From: Promethearchaeia archaeon
Lineage (GTDB): Archaea; Asgardarchaeota; Lokiarchaeia; Sigyniarchaeales; SOKP01
Assembly (NCBI GenBank): GCA_029856155.1
Contig: JAHQWL010000031.1
Span: forward strand, 1 to 49,786
Direction of reading: 5' to 3'
DNA length: 49,786 nucleotides
This document shows positions 46,635 to 49,786 of this stretch, piece after piece. The position numbers were made by a program, and so were the translations under genes. How positions within the stretch are numbered: position 1 is the first letter of the stretch; the number at the start of each line of letters is the position of its first letter. The notes beneath the pieces were generated by a model. It had not been told where the DNA came from, ran no database searches, and worked only from the letters and a program-made list of their open reading frames with translations.

Positions 46635-46913
46635 ATGACAATCAAAATAAAACTATACGGAGCTTTAAGGGAAAAAACTACTCGATTTAATATAGATAAT
46701 GGAGTAACTAGTACTCTTACTATCGAGATCGATAAAATTAAAACTGTACTAGATATTCTAAATAAATTTAGTATAAAAGAGAAAGAAATTAGTCATATTT
46801 TTGTTAATAGTAAATATTCTGGAATAGAAAAAGGAGTAAAAAATGGAGATCGAATTGGAATATTCCCTAAAAGAATGGGAATATTGTTTGTGGAATTGAG
46901 AGATCCTTTTTAG
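46635..46913 (+). CDS. MoaD/ThiS-like ubiquitin-fold protein lacking the C-terminal GG
   Basis: IKIKLYGALRE...TVLDIL...IFVN...VKNGDRIGIFP, ending KRMGILFVELRDPF. Confidence 0.72.
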   Translation: MTIKIKLYGALREKTTRFNIDNGVTSTLTIEIDKIKTVLDILNKFSIKEKEISHIFVNSKYSGIEKGVKNGDRIGIFPKRMGILFVELRDPF

Positions 46914-47054
46914 AATAATAGAACTGTAATATACCTTTTTTCCTATGAGAAAAGAGACAATAAATAGAATTAAATATGGGATACATTATGTATCTGCTTA
47001 AGCAATGCTTAAATAAATAAAAATGTACTAGAATTAAGGGATCTTATATTCAAA

Positions 47055-47321
47055 ATGGCTGATTGTGTAGACAAAATATTGGAAATCTGTGAAAATAGTG
47101 AGATAAAAAGATATCAAGCTCTAATCAAATTAATGCAGGAATTAGATAAAGATATATCAAATGCAATACGAGTCAGAAATTGTTTGATCTTATTAGTAAA
47201 TTTATGTTTTAATCCAGATTCTCCCGATTATGCATATAATAAAGGTAAATCTACACATCACCTTTCTGAGGATGAAAAGTTCGAAATGAATGAATTATTA
47301 AAATGTGAGCTAAATAACTAA
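47055..47321 (+). CDS. Hypothetical protein
   Basis: 88-aa ORF filling an intergenic gap; no recognised motif. Confidence 0.55.
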   Translation: MADCVDKILEICENSEIKRYQALIKLMQELDKDISNAIRVRNCLILLVNLCFNPDSPDYAYNKGKSTHHLSEDEKFEMNELLKCELNN

Positions 47322-47327
47322 AAATTT

Positions 47328-49601
47328 TTAAAAAACCTTAAGATCTACTTCTTTCCATTCTTCATATTGATGAAAAATATTATCAATTTTCTCTAAGGTC
47401 TCAATCAATACATTTTTGGTTTCATCCTCTTGTTTAAAGGTATCAATAATCACATCACTAAGATCTACTTTATATTCTTGAGCAAGATTCGAAATTTTTC
47501 GTAAATCATCTCGATATATCCCTGTCTCTTCTAATTGATCAATAGCATATTCAATTTCCTCTTTTAACTTAATTGTAGCATTTAAAGATTTGGAACATTT
47601 ATCAAATAATTCCTTTTCTCTCTCAAGTACTAATGTTTCTTCTTCAGAAATATCGTGTTTTTCATTAACAATTTCAAGTCTTTCATTTAATAAATATTTC
47701 ACTCGTTCATAAATCTTAATTGCCTCTGATATCTTACTTAATCCTTTTATTAAGTCTATTCTCTGGTTTAATCTTGCTTCAACTATTTTTAAGTATGCGT
47801 CTTCATAATAAGTTTGTATCTTCCCAAATGTACTTTTTTCCCAATCGTTTATTTTATAATATAAAATCCTCAATTCATTATTTAGGTTATTCTTCTTTCT
47901 AGGATTTAAACCCTGATCTTCTAACTCTCTAAAAATCTTATTAGTGTCCTGTTTTAATAATAATATTCTTAAATACATAATATGTGCTTTTTTTTCTATG
48001 TTTGTTATACTCCTTGAAGTACCTTCACGCTCGCAGAATTTATATATTATCAAAGCATCCTCAAGTAATTGATTAAATCTACTTTGATCTTTTCGAATAT
48101 AATATTTAGAGTCTTGAACTTTTTGAATTGCCCTATCCATTTGGATTTCTAATTCGAAAATATAATCAATTAAACTAACTTGTTTTCTTTCTGATAAAAT
48201 TCTTGATTTATAAGTCATATCTTCTTCTACGTTCCTGCTTGCTAAAAGCCAAAATATCGCTGCTGGGACCCAAAAAAATATGCTAACAAATATCATATTA
48301 AATATACTTCCAAAAATGGAAATAAGGGTATATGATACTAATAGTGTCACTCCTTTACTCAATTGCTCTGACAGTTTAAAAAACGAAGCAGCGGTACCTT
48401 TATGTTCTGGCATATTAACATCTATCATTATTGCGTTTTTATTTGCCACAGGTCCAGCACCTAGCATTGAAGCCATTAAAGCAAAAATAAAGAAAATAAT
48501 ATATGTGGGGTATGCTACAAATATTTCACCAATAGTGCGCAAAATGTAAATAAAAAGCTCGTTAGTTGGAATGGGGTTAGGATATATGATATTTAATCTA
48601 GTCGGATTAATAGGCTGTAATGAAAGAAGCATTACAATAGCAAAAGGTATTGAAAAAATCAGACATAAAGTAGCTAACCTAGCTCGGTTTTTTTTATTTC
48701 GACGAAATAATGTATCTCCTAAACGAGCGAATATACTATTTCCAAGTATATATCCGATACCAACCATACCCGCAAAAATAGTTGCTGTTTGAAGCTTTAT
48801 TTCATCAGGAATTTGATAAAAAAATTGAATCATTAACATCGAAGTCGTAAAATAGACTAATACAGTACCAGGAATAACAGTGAAGAAACCCTGAATTATT
48901 AAATGACGATTTGACTTTTTCTGAATAATTGTTTTTAAATCCTCTTTCGAAATTCGATAACTATATTCTAAATCCAATTCAATTAGCTCTAACAATTCAT
49001 CTTCACTAGCTCCGCGTTGAGGCATTTTAACAAAAAAGAGAATTATCACTACTATAACACTTATTATAGAAAGCAAAATGAAAGGAAATCGCCATGTCAA
49101 TATTGGTCCAAGAAACGAAGATAAACCTTGCCCCGCTCCATTAGATATTGAACTTAGGATTGCTAAAGTCCCAAACCAACCCGATCTTTCTTCTGGAGGT
49201 ATCGCATCTGAAATAATAGAATACCCCACTGGTAATACACATCCTAATCCCGCACCACACGCTACTCTAGAAATTACCAACATAAGATAAGTACTTGAAA
49301 AAGCAGTTAACATCATGCCAATTGTCCATGAAATAGCCCCAGCCATAATAACTATCATTCTGTTTATTCGATCAGTATAATAACCCCAAAGTAAAGCAAA
49401 AAAAGCACTGATCAATACAAAAAAAGCATCAGGGACGGCAATTAATGCTTGGGGAATCTTAAACTCTTCTTGAATCGCAACATAACTAGGGATAAGCATA
49501 TTAGCACATGCTGTTGAGATGAAAAGCAACACCATGACTAAAATGATAGGTGCCAGATCCTTGAATTTCACCTTAGTTAGTTGAAATTTTCCAATAAGCA
49601 A
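47328..49601 (-). CDS. MFS transporter with ~300-aa C-terminal soluble helical domain
   Basis: Motif A-like WGYYTDRINR, SRVACGAG, ISDAIPPEERS, WRFPF and second-half LGDTLFRR. About 12 TM helices followed by a charged tail. Confidence 0.88.
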   Translation of the reverse strand: MLIGKFQLTKVKFKDLAPIILVMVLLFISTACANMLIPSYVAIQEEFKIPQALIAVPDAFFVLISAFFALLWGYYTDRINRMIVIMAGAISWTIGMMLTAFSSTYLMLVISRVACGAGLGCVLPVGYSIISDAIPPEERSGWFGTLAILSSISNGAGQGLSSFLGPILTWRFPFILLSIISVIVVIILFFVKMPQRGASEDELLELIELDLEYSYRISKEDLKTIIQKKSNRHLIIQGFFTVIPGTVLVYFTTSMLMIQFFYQIPDEIKLQTATIFAGMVGIGYILGNSIFARLGDTLFRRNKKNRARLATLCLIFSIPFAIVMLLSLQPINPTRLNIIYPNPIPTNELFIYILRTIGEIFVAYPTYIIFFIFALMASMLGAGPVANKNAIMIDVNMPEHKGTAASFFKLSEQLSKGVTLLVSYTLISIFGSIFNMIFVSIFFWVPAAIFWLLASRNVEEDMTYKSRILSERKQVSLIDYIFELEIQMDRAIQKVQDSKYYIRKDQSRFNQLLEDALIIYKFCEREGTSRSITNIEKKAHIMYLRILLLKQDTNKIFRELEDQGLNPRKKNNLNNELRILYYKINDWEKSTFGKIQTYYEDAYLKIVEARLNQRIDLIKGLSKISEAIKIYERVKYLLNERLEIVNEKHDISEEETLVLEREKELFDKCSKSLNATIKLKEEIEYAIDQLEETGIYRDDLRKISNLAQEYKVDLSDVIIDTFKQEDETKNVLIETLEKIDNIFHQYEEWKEVDLKVF

Positions 49602-49661
49602 TTACCACTATAATGTGATTATAATAAATAGCATTTCAATCTTAAAAAAACTTACAATGAT

Positions 49662-49786
49662 TTATTTTAATGATAAGTAATAATCCAGAGTTGCATCAAC
49701 ATGAATTTGTAATGTATCAAATAATTTAATTTCGACATCATCTTGACTTAATATTAACGGTAGCTCAGTGCACCCTAAAATAACTC
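49662..49786 (-). CDS. Aspartate/glutamate racemase family protein, 3' end only
   Basis: My translation VILGCTELPLILSQDDVEIKLFDTLQIHVDATLDYYLSLK* contains the GCTE catalytic-Cys motif. Confidence 0.82.
   Translation of the reverse strand, partial: VILGCTELPLILSQDDVEIKLFDTLQIHVDATLDYYLSLK

Noticed and set aside
282-49290. Many short ORFs in the track overlapping longer genes (e.g. 282-587, 4294-4720, 5027-5242, 13094-13459, 25067-25579, 39903-40526, 47720-49290)
   Set aside because: They are antisense or alternate-frame shadows of well-supported genes, with no motifs of their own.
1-49786. CRISPR arrays, rRNA/tRNA genes, transposases, integrases, proviral genes
   Set aside because: No regularly spaced repeats, extended GC-rich structured RNA regions or mobile-element protein motifs were seen by eye.

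Overview
AT-rich archaeal DNA, most consistent with an Asgard archaeon of the Lokiarchaeia (Promethearchaeota) type. The placement is inferred from four Ras-superfamily small GTPases, longin-like partner proteins, I-[PAH]-[GA]-Y/TM/basic C-terminal sorting tails, Nre, a PAC2 chaperone and DUF2070. About 44 protein-coding genes or gene fragments are supported. I saw no rRNA, tRNA, CRISPR array or transposase. Main points: (1) a cluster at 5.1-13.6 kb combines two membrane-anchored sulfite-oxidase-fold proteins lacking the Mo-ligand Cys, a surface heme-DOMON protein, a complete ECF importer, an intact Mo-enzyme fused to a 4-His cytochrome b-like domain, MoaD and a degenerate MoaB. It is a candidate molybdopterin/tungstopterin capture-and-salvage system. 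(2) A MoxR AAA+/vWA pair is joined at a G_GAT_TTT heptamer, and the vWA frame is open in the -1 frame for 78 codons before its first standard start codon. (3) Two GTPases are co-located with longin-like partners, one of which is fused to a winged helix. (4) An LRR-TIR protein is present. (5) A tandem pair of coiled-coil/winged-helix proteins is flanked by type II membrane C1q-like proteins. (6) Several genes appear to need non-canonical start codons. (7) Two 5'-truncated genes meet back to back at about 25,070. All family calls come from motif recognition by eye; no database searches were run.
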